In this document: piece by piece, positions 28,046-41,113 of the stretch
How the letters are laid out: each line of letters starts with the position of its first letter
How positions within the stretch are numbered: position 1 is the stretch's first letter
Translations under genes and position numbers: made by a program
Notes under the pieces: generated by a model
What the model saw: only the letters and a program-made list of their open reading frames with translations
The model's database searches: none
Told to the model about the DNA's origin: nothing
NCBI GenBank assembly: GCA_951406725.2
Contig: OX597815.1
Location: forward strand, 125,240,001-125,304,000
Source: Octopus vulgaris
Lineage: Eukaryota
DNA length: 64,000 nt
Reading direction: 5' to 3'

Positions 28046-28293
28046 ATATATATATACATACATATATACATATATACATACATATATACATATATACATA
28101 CATATATACATATATATATGTATATACATATATATATATATATATACATATATACATACATATATATATATATACATATATACATACATATATATATATA
28201 TACATATATACAGATATATAGATATATATATACATATACATATATACAGATATATACATATATATATACATATATACACAAATACATACATAT
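27973..28293. repeat. (TA)n/(TACA)n compound microsatellite
   Basis: Direct observation. Confidence 0.95.
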
Positions 28294-28372
28294 AAATAAA
28301 TAAATGGAATTAAACGCAGGTGTTATTCAAATTGTCATGTATTTAGAACTTTCTAGGCAGATGTGTATAGTA

Positions 28373-29033
28373 TTGGATCGTCTGGAAAGTTCATGCTGAT
28401 TTATAGTAGCTTAACTTTCCACTTATTTTAGATCATGGTTGAGTCCATAAAATAGGATTTGACTACACATCCATTTAGAGCATAGTTTAAGCTATATTTT
28501 CGTGGAAGAAGGTTTATGTTCCTATAACTTGTGTTAATTCTGTAACCCTTTAAAATGGAAGATAAGCAAGTTCATTTTCGGCACTTGATGCTTCTCTTTT
28601 TCCGTAAAGGAAAAAATGCCTCACAAGAAACCAAAGAAATATGCGTAGTTTACGGTGATGTTTCTTTATTCAAAAGAACTGTACGGAAGTGGTTCACAAG
28701 GTTCCAAGCTGGAGATTGTAGCCTTATTGATAAAGAGTGATCAGGCAGACCATCCACTACAGATGATGACCAAATCAAGTCATTAATTGACAATAACCCA
28801 CATTGCAAAACCCAAGAATTGGCAGAAAGCCTCAACCTATCAAAATCCATCGTTCATGAGCACCTGGTAAAGCTTGGGTACACAAATCGCTACGATGTTT
28901 GGGTACCTCATGAGTTGAGTGAGAAGAACCTATTGGATCACATTTCCATCTGTGATTCGCTTTATAAATGGAATCACAAAGCGCCTTTTTTAAAGCAAAT
29001 TGTGACAGGTGATGAGAAATGGATTATCTACTG
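28373..29033 (+). mobile_element. mariner transposon 5' half (left TIR plus transposase N-terminus, with a stop codon, truncated)
   Basis: TA|TTGGATCGTCTGGAAAGTTC TIR; MEDKQVHFRH...TVRKWFTRF, SGRPST, WVPHELSEKN and IVTGDEKWIIY; TGA at 28738. Confidence 0.9.
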
Positions 29034-29215
29034 AAATCCACCAATTTTTTCACTTAAATATATTTATTTATATTATATAGAAGGCATTACTACACATAAA
29101 TGCCACACACTAGGAGGGACTCTTTAAAGTCAAAACTACTAAAATAAATTTATGTGTAGTAATGCCCTCTATATAATATAAATAAATATATTTAAGTGAA
29201 AAAATTAGTGGATTT
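29034..29215. repeat. Foldback inverted repeat (68 bp arms, ~46 bp spacer)
   Basis: 29034-29101 is the reverse complement of 29148-29215 with about 2 mismatches. Confidence 0.9.
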
Positions 29216-29239
29216 TTTTTCTTATGAGGTTTTTCTACC

Positions 29240-29522
29240 AAGAAGGAAAGGTATGCATAAGTGGACTGGCTACATCCCAGGTAGAGGCCATGGGTTATGG
29301 TCTCACTTGTCCTGCTGGGTCTTCTCACGCACAGCATACTTCCATAGGTCTCGGTCTCTAGTCATTTCCTCGGTGAGACCTAAAGTTCGAAGGTCGTGCT
29401 TCACCACCTCATCCCAGGTTTTCCTGGGTCTACCTCTTCCACAGGTTCCCTCAACCGCTAGGGTGTGGCACTTTTTCACACAACTATCTTCATCCATTCT
29501 TGTCACATGACCATACCAGCGC
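29240..29522 (-). mobile_element. RTE LINE ORF C-terminus and start of 3' UTR
   Basis: [50 protein letters not shown]. Confidence 0.88.
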
Positions 29523-31700
29523 AAACATACATATTTATATATGTATATACATATATACATACATATCTATATATGTATATACATATATATACATATATAC
29601 ATATATATATACATATATATATACATATATATACATACACACAGACACACATATATATATATACACAACTTTATAAACATTTAAAGGTATTTTTTAATAT
29701 GCTGGCCATTGATAAAATTTTTTTGAAAATTTTATCCTATATTAGATATATATATATATGTATGTACATATATACATATGTATATACACACACGCACACA
29801 TATATGTATATACACATATATATATAAGCATGCAAACACACTCACATACACATAAATACATTACATAACTATAAAAGATATGACACCTGATGATAAAGGG
29901 AAATAAATCATATAAATTTGTATTTAAAGAAACAAGATAGATCATATTAATAGTCTTCAGGTTCTGTGATATTTCCAATCTGAACCTTAAATATCATCAA
30001 TGGATAACAAACTCCACAATTATGAGACCTGCCACTATTAATTGTAATATTCCTAAAATGGTAAAGTTTATCATTCATCATCACAGATCAGAATTTATAG
30101 AACTGACAGGTCTCACTGAAATGAGTAGAATAGTTGAAATATTCTGTAGTAGTTGTTATAATTGTGAATAACATACATAGGAAAGCTATGTAGAGAAACC
30201 GAAACAATTTTATATTTCTAATTTTGCATAGGAGAAGGATAACAAAAGAAATGTGTTGAGATTCTCAGCTTGTATCAGAGCCAAGATTCTAAAGCCAAAT
30301 GGTTGATGTCCTATGGGCATTTATTTAATCAAAAGGGATATAAAACCAAGCTGTATATAGCAATAATTACTAACAAAGGATGTTCCTCTATACCAGCACT
30401 ATCAAATATAGTTAAGTGATTTTCTTCTTCCCTCAATATATATATATGTTTGATTCAGATAACCTTGATAATTTTGAAATATTTGAAAGTTTATTGGGGT
30501 GGGGTGTAGATTGTAGAGTTTTCAAGACTTACTTAAGACTTTGAAGCTAAGCATTAACAATATAATAATTAACTAGTCTTTCATCGAGAAACACAATATT
30601 AGCTTGTTGATAAATTAACTTCTGAACTCTTCCAATTGATTTACTTCGAAATATCAAGTCATCAATAAATCATATTTTTAGATTCCTGAAACCACATGAG
30701 AACTGTTTGCTTGCTGTTTGAACAATTTCATTGTTTATGACTTATATTTCTTCTCTATTCAAACATAGGTTCAACTTCTGGATATAGAATTTTGTTAGGA
30801 ACAGACATAAAATATTTTGTAGCATCTGTCTGGTTCCTTTTTAATTCAGTAAAGCAGAAGAAAAAGGAAAGTAAAAATTAAATAATAATGATAGAAACCT
30901 ATCATTAATATTGAAATGCACAACTCTCAAATAAATATAATTACAGACACAGATGAGAGAAAGAAAATTATAAAAATATTCAAATCTTCAAAAACACATT
31001 TCCAATCTTTTAAGGAAATAATCTATTTCTGTTACCAAATAATTTCAGTAAACTGTTGGGTGAGTTTATTTTGCTGTTGCATGCCCTTTCTAATGCCAAC
31101 CAAACTTGTTTCCCATCCAATCAAACTGAAACATGATGAACTCAATGCAATATCTAGACATGATTAAATCATCAAGACAAATAAATAACTTATTATTAAA
31201 TAAAATAAAACTTATTAAATAAAATAATGTATTAAACAAATAAATAACTTATGGATCAGCAACTTAGCCACTCAAATACTGCATCATATCTCTGAAACTG
31301 TTGTTCTTAATCAGAATAGAAAGAAGATAAAACAAAAGAAATGCTTTGAGGCATACAATGAATCCAAGGAGAATGTTAAAATGAAAATCTCATTGGCTTA
31401 AAGCTTTCATGCAGCAAATGGCTATATTCTCTTTATGATTGATTTATGTTGCTGACAGCTAGATGATGTGAAATAGCTAACTAATCGAACTAGACATAGC
31501 CACAATTACCATGGCACTAATTTCAGTTTTGCCTTCGTAAATTTCCACAATGTCTATTCACATTTGTTCAAGCTTAATAACCTATTTTGTTGTTTCTGTG
31601 AAGTAGTGCTCCAACAATATAAATATTTCATCACAGTCATAAAAAAAAAAACTAACTTCATGAAGGCTACAACTTCCATGCAACTATATATATATACACA

Positions 31701-32150
31701 GTCTTGTTGGAAGAGAAGTGTGATGGGCCCATGAACGGAAGCATGCAAGATATGAGAGCTTTCTGGAGGACTGCAGTGAGAAGGGATGGCATGTATGCCT
31801 TTTCCTAGTTGAGGTTGGCTGTAGGGAATTTCCTCCTGCTCATCCGGCATGGAGGATGCTTACAATAATTGGAATGAAAGATAAAGAATGGACGGTCGTG
31901 CATAGGATGGGAAAGGCAGCTGAATGAGTCTCTTGTTGGCTTTGGATGTAGAGAGAAGAGTTAAACTGGAAGCCAGGAGGAGATGAGGAGCAGTGACTTG
32001 GCCACCTCTGCTGACCCACCAACAGGAGGGTGTTGCAGTTCAAGGTCGTAACACCTGATGAACGTTGGATACCATCTGATGACATCAGTTCCTCCTAGCC
32101 AAAGGTCCATTCATTTTGGTGAATGGAAAAAGCACCTCCTTATAGGCGTT
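31701..32150 (+). mobile_element. 3' fragment of a HERO-like non-LTR retrotransposon (restriction-like endonuclease C-terminus)
   Basis: From 31727: AHERKHARYESFLEDCSEKGWHVCLFLVEVGCREF...KAAE*VSCWLWM*REE, matching the xERKxxxY...VEVGCRGF...AAExASxWLW pattern; stop at 31994-31996, then a 3' UTR. Confidence 0.78.
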
Positions 32151-34410
32151 ATTAACACACACACACATATATATATACATACCGAAGCATGAGCAATGCG
32201 AGTAGAAGATTTGCAGCAATTAAAAAGGAATGGGTCCAGTCTGGTGTATTGAATGTAAACTTACAAGAAAAACTAGAGAGCAAATGAACTGAAAAGCAGT
32301 GTCAAAGATAACTGTTCTAATATAAATAGATAATAAGTATGTAATGACAATGAATCTCATCAACTTTGATATAATGAAAATATTCTGTATTCTCAAATTT
32401 GCCTGATTATCTTAAAGAATTCTGTATAATACAATAGAAGTGTAAAATTACAAACTATAAATACAGTTGTTGATTGCATGACATTTCTATGATTCAAAGT
32501 TTTGACTACTACAAATTTTTTGCAATAACACTAAAATATGTTTGCTATCAATTTACATTTTGTATAGTGTCATCCGTGATTTTTGAATTATACAGAAATA
32601 TATATACATGCCATCATATATATTACAAAATCAGATGTTTGATGTGGGATGTGTATGTATGCATGCAAATACATAAGTATATGTTGAAAAACCTGCGAAA
32701 AAAGGAAGGTCAAGACAGGAAAGAGAAAGAATGATAGACACCAAGAGTTAGAGTGAGCAAGCCGGGCAGAATAGGAAATGTAACTAAAGTGAGAGGTACT
32801 GACAACCACTAAATATATTGTTATGAAGTAAGTGGATAGAAGGGACAAACACAATGTTAAACATGATAGGTTTAATCTGCTGCCCAGTCAGACACAACCA
32901 TGAGAACTTGGGAGACTTTAGCACAGAAGTCCACTCATAGAGCAAGCATCCAGGTTATATGACCAGTTTGAGAATACCTTCTTCCTTTCCTCCCTTCCTC
33001 TCATCAATCTATGTAAAAAGTTTGGGCACTGAACCTTCTCCTAACTAAGCAATAAAATATAACTGTACCACATGATCAAATAAAAAAAATATAGCCAATA
33101 AATCACATGATTAACAAACATAATACTTTTTTTTTACTGTTATTGTTTTCGATATATGCCAAGTTTTAATTATATTTTGTTGTTGGTCGAGATAGAAAAA
33201 GACAATAAACTATGATGCATTGATGCCAGTAGTACAGAGTGATTACCTAAAACTAGTGAAAATTTATAATTAAGTATACTTTGTTTTCTTTTATCTGAGT
33301 TATACTTTGATGAAGATGAATTGAGATATACTCTGGTAAAACTTATTACAATATAGACTATGTCCTTAAGGGTGAACATTAGGCAGGTTGATTGTCCGGT
33401 CCAATTGATTTTGCATCTAACTCCACGTGATCAATTGCAATATGTTTATTAGCTAAAAAGAAGCTCATTCTTTGGCCCACCTAGTGAAGTGGAGTAACAA
33501 ACAAAATTTTACTACAGGAAGGAATTCTAAATATATGAGACATATCTTTTGTTTTGTGTCCCTATTTCATGCAATCATTAGCTGAATAAATATATATAAC
33601 TGAGACTATGCTTTACTGCCAGATGTCCTTCTTGTCAAGAACCTCTATCTGCTTGCTGACCAAAGAATCCCCACCCCACTTATCTTCAAAAGTGCAGAGC
33701 TAGATTTCTTGACAGAGCATGACAACATAACATCACTATTTTTTTTTCTTTCTGCAGAGTGCTTTCATATGAACATTCACTTATGCAAACATGTATTTAT
33801 ATATATTATGAGCTCCTCATGCGGTTTCTGTCAAACAATTCCAAGGCATTGATTGGCTCAATGCTATAGTGAAAGACACTGAACCAGAGTACAACACAGC
33901 TCAATAGAAATGAAACCACATGATTATGAAGCAAGCTCCACATCCACACAGCCATGTCTTCTTTAATATGGCATATCAGAATTTCGTTTCTGTTTTATTT
34001 CTCACTTGAGACTAGTATCACAGTCCTGAATTATTTATAATGATCTCTAATTACTTGTTGAGCTGAAAGACGATGAGTTGAGACACACTATTGAGTTTAT
34101 GTGTGACTTTTTATAGAAATGCACACAGAGATATGCACATACATACAAACACACACATTTGTATGCTTTGATATGTGTCAATATAAACATGTGTGTTTCT
34201 TCTTTCTCCTTCTCATTGTCCCTTCATTAGTTTTATCAATTCCTCTGCATTACGCAACAAATTTTACAAAAATAAACACAAATGTATTTACTGCAGAAAA
34301 AGAAAAAAATTATTCTCGCATATTCAAAACTTGCATTAGTACCTATAATATTATGTGTATATAAATATAAACAAACTAACATTTGCTTTTTATAAGTGTC
34401 GAAATGTGTA

Positions 34411-34731
34411 TTGTAAGACACAAATAAGGCGATGGATGCAGAAACCCCATTAGAACAGTAGGAACACTGGGTAAATTACCCTTACAAAGCAGAAAAATTT
34501 GTCAACAACCAGCCATGGGACTCCAACCCACATCCCTTGAAGACGGCAACCAAGTGCTTTACCATTAATCTAAACTGCCCGCTGACAAATCTATCCGCAA
34601 TTTTAGTCTTCAGGAGATGTGGGTTTGAGTCCCATGGCTGGTTGTTGACAAATTTTTCTGTTATCTACCCAATATTTCTGCTGTTCTAAAGGCATTTGAA
34701 AATAAATTAACATCTTATTTGTATCTTATAG
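34411..34731. mobile_element. MITE-like foldback element with tRNA-derived arms, TA-flanked
   Basis: Termini TTGTAAGACACAAATAAG / CTTATTTGTATCTTATAG; inner arms 34490-34544 and 34606-34660; tRNA-like cloverleaf on the minus strand at 34508-34579. Confidence 0.8.
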
Positions 34732-37435
34732 TATTATTTTTAAAAACAAATGAATTGGTTGATTCAAAACAATGCTGTACAACCTGAAAACTCATGGACC
34801 CTAACAGCAGAGATGTAGAGGAAACTGATAGCATGTCAATATAAAATAGAAAGATCAATGCCCAGTGAAACACATAGAGACAGAAAGAAAAAAAAATGGA
34901 TGAATGTAGACAGTATTCTTATCTTTGTAAAAAAAACACGGATGTGTGAAAAATATTTTAGCAGAAGGGCAGACAGCCATTGGACAAAAATCAAAAGGGA
35001 ACAGTGACCAATGACAGGGTAAAAATGAATACTTTGAAAGAGCTGGTTCGATGAGATCAACAAATCTTGGACCATATCAACTGGCAACATCATGTGAGTG
35101 ACCAATAAAACTCAAAATAATGAGGCTTTCATCCAGAAGTAGGTTAACAGCAATTTGAAGAGGGAATCTACTTTATGTTTTTTGAGTGGTATAAAGGCAC
35201 ACAAATAAAAGAATTATGACATTTGTTAGTATCATGATCCAAGTTGGTGATTCTTTAGTTTAAGCCTTTTTGTACAGAGACCTTGTTGATTGACTTATAG
35301 CCCTACCTTTTTTGTCTATTTTGACTGAAAAAATAAATACCTGGTAGACAAAATCGAAAAAGATACTTAGATACTTAGGGATGTTGTTATACCATAGTGA
35401 TAAGCTCTAAACACTAGTTGACAATAGCTTATCTAACTCTGCCAAAATAACAGACATTTGATAAACCAAGTAAAGGAATATTTCAGCAACAGAACAAAAA
35501 GAAAAAAAAAAGGAAAAACATATTTCTTGCTGTCAAGAGTAATTCACTATAAAAGTACTACCACTTTAATAATTCTATGAAAGAAACTGAAAACATGAAA
35601 TAGTCCAGAATAAAAGTCAATAAATATAAAAACAACAAAAAAAAAGCAAAGAGAATAATGATTTTTGATTTATTGGACTGATAAACTCTGATTGCACAAA
35701 CTAAATTCATCTCAAATTTCAGCACACACAAGCAAGAAGATAAAAGAAAGTTGAAAGTTTCAGTCAATTTGGCTAAACTGTTATTGTGTCAAAAAGTAGA
35801 AACAAAAATAATTACAACAAAAACAAGTGAATCCGTTCCCAGTTTAAGGCTAAAATATCAAATTGTCTGATTGGCAGATGTTCAAATCTAACAGGAAGTT
35901 TGGGATGTTATAAAAAAGAAACCCAATAAACTGAATCAATATCTTGAGTTTTACATTTCTGCTTTCGTTATCTCTGAAAACAAGAATTACAAATGGCTGA
36001 GTTAAAAGGATACTAGCCAACTAGTTGAGGGGTCAATAGTTTATATGTAATCACTGATGCTGGACTATGTTACAAAGGCATACAACTCACAAAAATCCGA
36101 TCCATTGACCTGTAAATTAAGTATCATGTGAAGTACAATTTACTCTTTTAAACAGTCACACAATATGTAATTGATCTCAGTAGAATTTCAGGGCCTCCCT
36201 TGCATTTAATTTAGAGTTTAACTTTGCCAGGTTGAACTTGTCCTTGATTCACTACAATGAAGACAATTTTTAATAGTGCTCCAACAACAAAACAGGGTGC
36301 CTACATCTCCAGAGCCTGCAAAAGGTATAGGCAATCTTAGATTCACAGGCATATGAAAGAGAAAAACTATATACTCTGTATAAAGACTGGCCTCAGTTAC
36401 ATCATTAAAAATTAACAAACAAATCAATTTAGCTTCATGCATATTACTTTATAGAATTGGTACTTGTCAGTCAAAAGACTATTGTTACAATGAAGCAAGC
36501 TACAAATGCTGTTACACAACCAAGTTAATCACAATATTTTTCATTTAGGAAAAAAAAATTGGACTATTCTGGTTGACGAATAAAAAGAGTTGATGAATCA
36601 ATATTCAATTTTCTTCAGCTATCTTTCAGGTCATTGTGGTGTTCTTTCTAGTTATTAAATTCAAATCATTATAAGAATACAACAGCTTTAATAGGTCACA
36701 ATTCTAATTGGAATTTTATTAATGTATTTATCATTTTAGATATTTCAAAAACAAAACTGTAATATCTCTTTACACATTGTAAGTATTTCTACTAAGGCAA
36801 AAAACATAATTTGGTAATTCAAAATAGATTTCCTGTTTCCTTCTACAAGGAGATAACATGATTAGAACATAACATGGGTTTTATGAAAATATAAATTCAA
36901 ATATTTTAAGAAATTGTTTTGGTTAATATTTTACACTTGCTCTCCAACTTCAAAAGGTAAATGAGAGACAAAATATGAGACTGGTTCTAGTAAAAGCAAA
37001 AGCATATTTTACTTATGGCATACTTCAGAGCAAATAAGTTGGTGCACTTTGTGCATGATGTCACAAAAACATCAAAAAATGTATTAATAAAAATGGAATA
37101 TCTATATAGTGAGTCACCAGCATTCACTAATTATTCAATCAACACTGAATTATCTGCTCCTAAATTAACATGTAAGTGGTTAAGAATTCCTTAAACATGT
37201 GTAGCCGTAATTTCAATCCCAGACACAACCAGTCAGACACTGAATGAGTAGGGTGTATCTTTTGAATTTTAAGTACAATTCACCCAATGAGTTTCTGTAT
37301 ATTTCCAACCTGAGGCCACAGAAAATGACATTTGTCCAAGATGCCATGCATTGGAACTGATCACAGGATCTTGTGGTGACGAAACAAACGCTTTAAACAG
37401 GCCATACTGCACCTACATATCTAAATATATATATT

Positions 37436-37720
37436 CAGTGACCGAGACCTTTAGCAATATGCTACGCTTGAAAAGACTCATCAAGCCAAGTGAGATCATA
37501 GTTGTGGCAAATGCTGGTGTCATATAAATGGCACCCATGCTGGTGGTATGTGAGACACACCCATTACTCTCTCAGAATGGTTGGTGTTAGGAAGGCCATC
37601 CAGCCATAGAAACCATGCAAAATCAGACTGGAACCTGCTGCAGCCTTCTGACTTACCGGTTCCAGTCAAATCATCTAACCCATGCCAGCATGGAAAATGG
37701 ACATATGACGATGATGATAT
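37436..37720 (+). mobile_element. RTE 3' end copy
   Basis: AGTGACCGAGACCTT, GGAAGGCCATCCAGCCATAGAAAC and a GAT tail. Confidence 0.75.
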
Positions 37721-37728
37721 ATATATAA

Positions 37729-37985
37729 CATCATCATCGTTTAATGTCTGTTTTCCATGCTGGCATGAGTTGGACAGTTCAGCTGGGGTCTGGGAAGACA
37801 GGAGGTTGCACCAGGCTCCAGTCTGATCTGGCAGTGTTTCAACAGCTGGATGCTCTTCCTAACACCAACCACTCCGAGAGTGTAGTGGGTGCTTTTTACG
37901 TGCCACTGGCACAGAAGCCAGTCAAGGCGGCACTGGCATCGGCCACATTCAGATGGTGCTTTTTATGTGCCACTGGCACAGGGAT
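37729..37985 (-). mobile_element. RTE 3' tail copy
   Basis: (CAT)n GTTTAATGTCTGTTTTCCATGCTGGCATG with two internal repeat units. Confidence 0.8.
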
Positions 37986-37989
37986 CAAT

Positions 37990-38693
37990 TTCTGTGGAAG
38001 ACCTGGGATGAAGTGGTGAAGCATGACCTTCGAACATTAGGCCTCACTGAGGCAATGACTAGTGACCGAGACTTTTGGAAATATGCTGTGCTTGAGAAGA
38101 CTTGGCAAGCCAAGTGAGACCATAACCTTGTGGCCTATGCCAGGGGTGTAACCAGCCCACTTATGTGTACCGTTCCTTCACTGGACACTAAACTCTGCTT
38201 GCGAAGACCTGTTGAAGCAAGTAAAATTGAAATCGAAATCAAATTCAATGACTGGCATCTGTGCTAGTGAAGCGCTAAGAGCACCATCCAAGCGTGATCG
38301 TTGCCAGAGCAGCTAACTGGCTCCCGTGCCGGTGGCACATAAAAAGCACCATTTGAGCATGATCGTTACCAGTGTCGCGTTACTGGCACTTGTGCTGGTG
38401 GCACATGAAAAAACATTCAAACGAGGTCATTGCCAGTGCCGCTGGACTGGCTCCTGTGCAGGTGACACGTAAAAAACACCATTTGAGTGAGGCCGTTGCC
38501 AGTACTGCCTGACTGGCCCTTGTGCCGGTGGCACATAAAAGCACCCACTACGATCTCGGAGTGGTCGGCATTAGGAAGGGCATCCAGGTGTAGAAACTCT
38601 GCCAGATCAAGATTGGAGCCTGGTGCACAAATCATCCAACCCATGCTAGCATGGAAAGCGGACGTTAAATGATGATGATGATGATGATGATGA
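37990..38693 (+). mobile_element. RTE ORF end plus complete 3' UTR with (GAT)n tail
   Basis: [21 protein letters not shown], several GTGCCGGTGGCAC units and GACGTTAAAT(GAT)n. Confidence 0.88.
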
Positions 38694-38706
38694 TATATGT
38701 ATATAT

Positions 38707-38852
38707 GACAGGATTCTCTCAGTTTCCATCTACCAAATCCACTCAAAAAGCTTTGATCAGCCTAAGGTTATAGTGCCCAAGGTGCTACACAGTGAAACTG
38801 AACCCAGAACTATGTGGTTGGTAAGCAAGCTTGTTACCACACAGGCACTTCT
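38707..38852 (-). mobile_element. SINE family A, 5' part
   Basis: CAGTTTCCATCTACCAAATCCACTCA...ACTGAACCCAGAACTATGTGGTTGGTAAGCAAGC. Confidence 0.75.
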
Positions 38853-39731
38853 GATAATATATATATATATAACTTTTAACTGCATATAATTTAAAATGCA
38901 GGACTTTAACATCTATAAATCAAATTTGTTTACCATTTTCAGATGTGGAAATCCCTGAAGAACAATCAATATAAGATCACTATATAAATTTGTTTTACTT
39001 TAAAAGAATGAATGTCTTACTCTTGATGTCTTTTGATTAGTTGCAAGACAAATTCATTTTAATAAATTCTTTTTTAAATTGAAAATGATAAATGGTAAAG
39101 TTAGAAGTATTTGTATTCAGAAATTATGTCACACTACTAACACAGTTATTTTATTCCAATTGTACTTTTGGAAATTCCTTAATAAACCTAAAACTATTTT
39201 CACTTCTCTATTAGCTTATCAGCTACATAGCTAATTTATTAAAACAGAAATTGATTGGATTGACTTAATCCAGTTACCAACAGAATGTATTTTGTATCCA
39301 TTCACTGCATTTAACCCTTTTCTTTATTAATCACTTCAATATGTTTCACCGCAAGTAATTGATTTAATTCTTTTATATAAACACTCTCATACATATTTGA
39401 AATCATTCAATGGTTTCTGAACTTCAGTCAATTGCTGCTATTAGATTATGCCTCTTTATTTTTTCCCAGTTGTTATTAAACTATTTTATTACATTCTATC
39501 TGTGCATAAACGAGTTGTGTAGTAAATTTGCTAGTTATGAAACAAAATGACTGTTCACTATAAATTAGTTGTCAAAAGTGCAACATTCTTCTAGACAATC
39601 ATATTTACAGAAACAAATTTCAATCTGTTGGTTTTAATGTTTCACTCATTGTTACCATGAAATAAACTCAAAATCTTCCACAATATCATATTCAAACAGA
39701 AACTCTAAGAATGACAACTAATACAACCTTA

Positions 39732-39955
39732 TTAACTCTTTTGTTACCATATTTCCATAGAAATACACTGCCTATGATTCAATTAACTTTTAATATAACT
39801 AAGAAGTTAGTAAAATAACTTTATCATTATTAAGCTAGAGTTCAGATCTTCAATTAGCATGAAATTTTGATGGAAGATTTTAATTCAGATCACTTTAAAC
39901 AAAAATTTCTATCACAGAGCCAGAATGAGTCTTAGGCAAGTTGAATCTAAAAGGT
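39732..39955. mobile_element. Degraded piggyBac-derived MITE
   Basis: Starts TTAACTCTTTTGTTACCATATTTC..AAATACAC..TTCAATTAA, similar to the reverse complement of the 17878 terminus. Confidence 0.6.
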
Positions 39956-40109
39956 CAGTTTACTTGATAAGCTGTACAAGCAAGTTCACTGAATCAAAAC
40001 TACTAGAGTTTTGCAAATTAGAAACAATATGCACATTCACAAAACAGCACTGAATCTATCTTCAATGTGAAACATCCTTAATATAGCTAGGACTACATCC
40101 CAAAGACTG

Positions 40110-40480
40110 TCCCTTCTATATAAGGCCAGAAGATACTTCAGTCCCCAACAATTATTGATATTCTACAAATTCGAACTGAGGGCCCCCAATGGTGTATTGC
40201 TTTCACATCTGGGATGGTACTACTACTGTACATACAGACAGGCATCCTAGACTGCATCTAGAAAAGGGCTACCCATCATAGATGGCATAAAATCACTAAC
40301 AGAGATATTCCAGTCACCGGCAATGGGCATGCTGTCTCCTCTCTGCTTTTTCTACTGTTACTATAGGAGCCTCTGCCCCTTTGGAGCTCACTAGGCTTAT
40401 ATTACCTCCGCTCAAATACTCCTGATCCACTTATCTCTCCTGCTCTCAACACCTATGTTATCGAAGGAATCTAAGTGCCA
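40110..40480 (+). mobile_element. CR1-group LINE C-terminal relic
   Basis: LYKARRYFSPQQLLIFYK, MVYCFHIWDG, ILDCI*KRA and FYCYY fragments. Confidence 0.6.
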
Positions 40481-40769
40481 CACAAATTATTCCCTTCCTT
40501 CTCATATTTTTTTCCGCAAGTGTTGATTTACAAAAGTTTAAGAACATTAATGGCATCAATCTAACTCATCTAGGAGGATCTGCAAAGGCCAAAGGCTCAC
40601 TCCCTTCCTGTTGGACCAAGCAACTAAACACATTTCAAGTTATGAAGTATGTTTTTCTAAACTTGATGGAAATGGAAATGTTGAAGTAGTTTTATGAGAA
40701 AGGAAAGCTAACTAGAAAATGATTCAAAAACAGACTTTGTGACTGTTTCAAATATCATCATATCATCCA

Positions 40770-41052
40770 GAATATCAGATGTGGTTATATACTGCTCATC
40801 ACAATGTGTTTCCTTGCATTGTTGTAGCTTTCAAATGATGCCACTCTGCAGGTTAGGTGGGGTAGGCCAACATTCTCTACTGAATGGGACACCACTCAGT
40901 TGTGGAGTTATCTATTTACAACTGAGTGGACTTGAGCAATGTAAAATAAAGTATTTTGCTAAAGAACACAATATATCATCAGTCTAGGAATTGAAACCAC
41001 AATCTTATGATAGCAAGTGCAACACCCTAACCACTAGGCCATGTGTCTTCAC
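40770..41052 (-). mobile_element. tRNA-derived SINE family C
   Basis: Minus strand has an A-box-like TGGCCTAGTGGTTAGG, a B-box-like GGTTTCAATTCC, then the CTCAAGTCCACTCAG core. Confidence 0.7.
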
Positions 41053-41113
41053 ATTTCAAATAAACATAAATAATAAATGAATCCTCAACTAAAACTCCAA
41101 ATGGAAATTTTAA

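Noticed and set aside
28555-29034. SETMAR-like host gene
   Set aside because: Only a mariner transposase half with a TIR and a stop codon; no SET domain
32050-32090. Hammerhead in the HERO-like 3' UTR (two CTGATGA)
   Set aside because: No suitably placed GAAA box or stem II
34508-34579. Functional tRNA-Gly gene
   Set aside because: 9-nt anticodon loop, mutated T-loop, mismatched stems, and it sits within an inverted-repeat element
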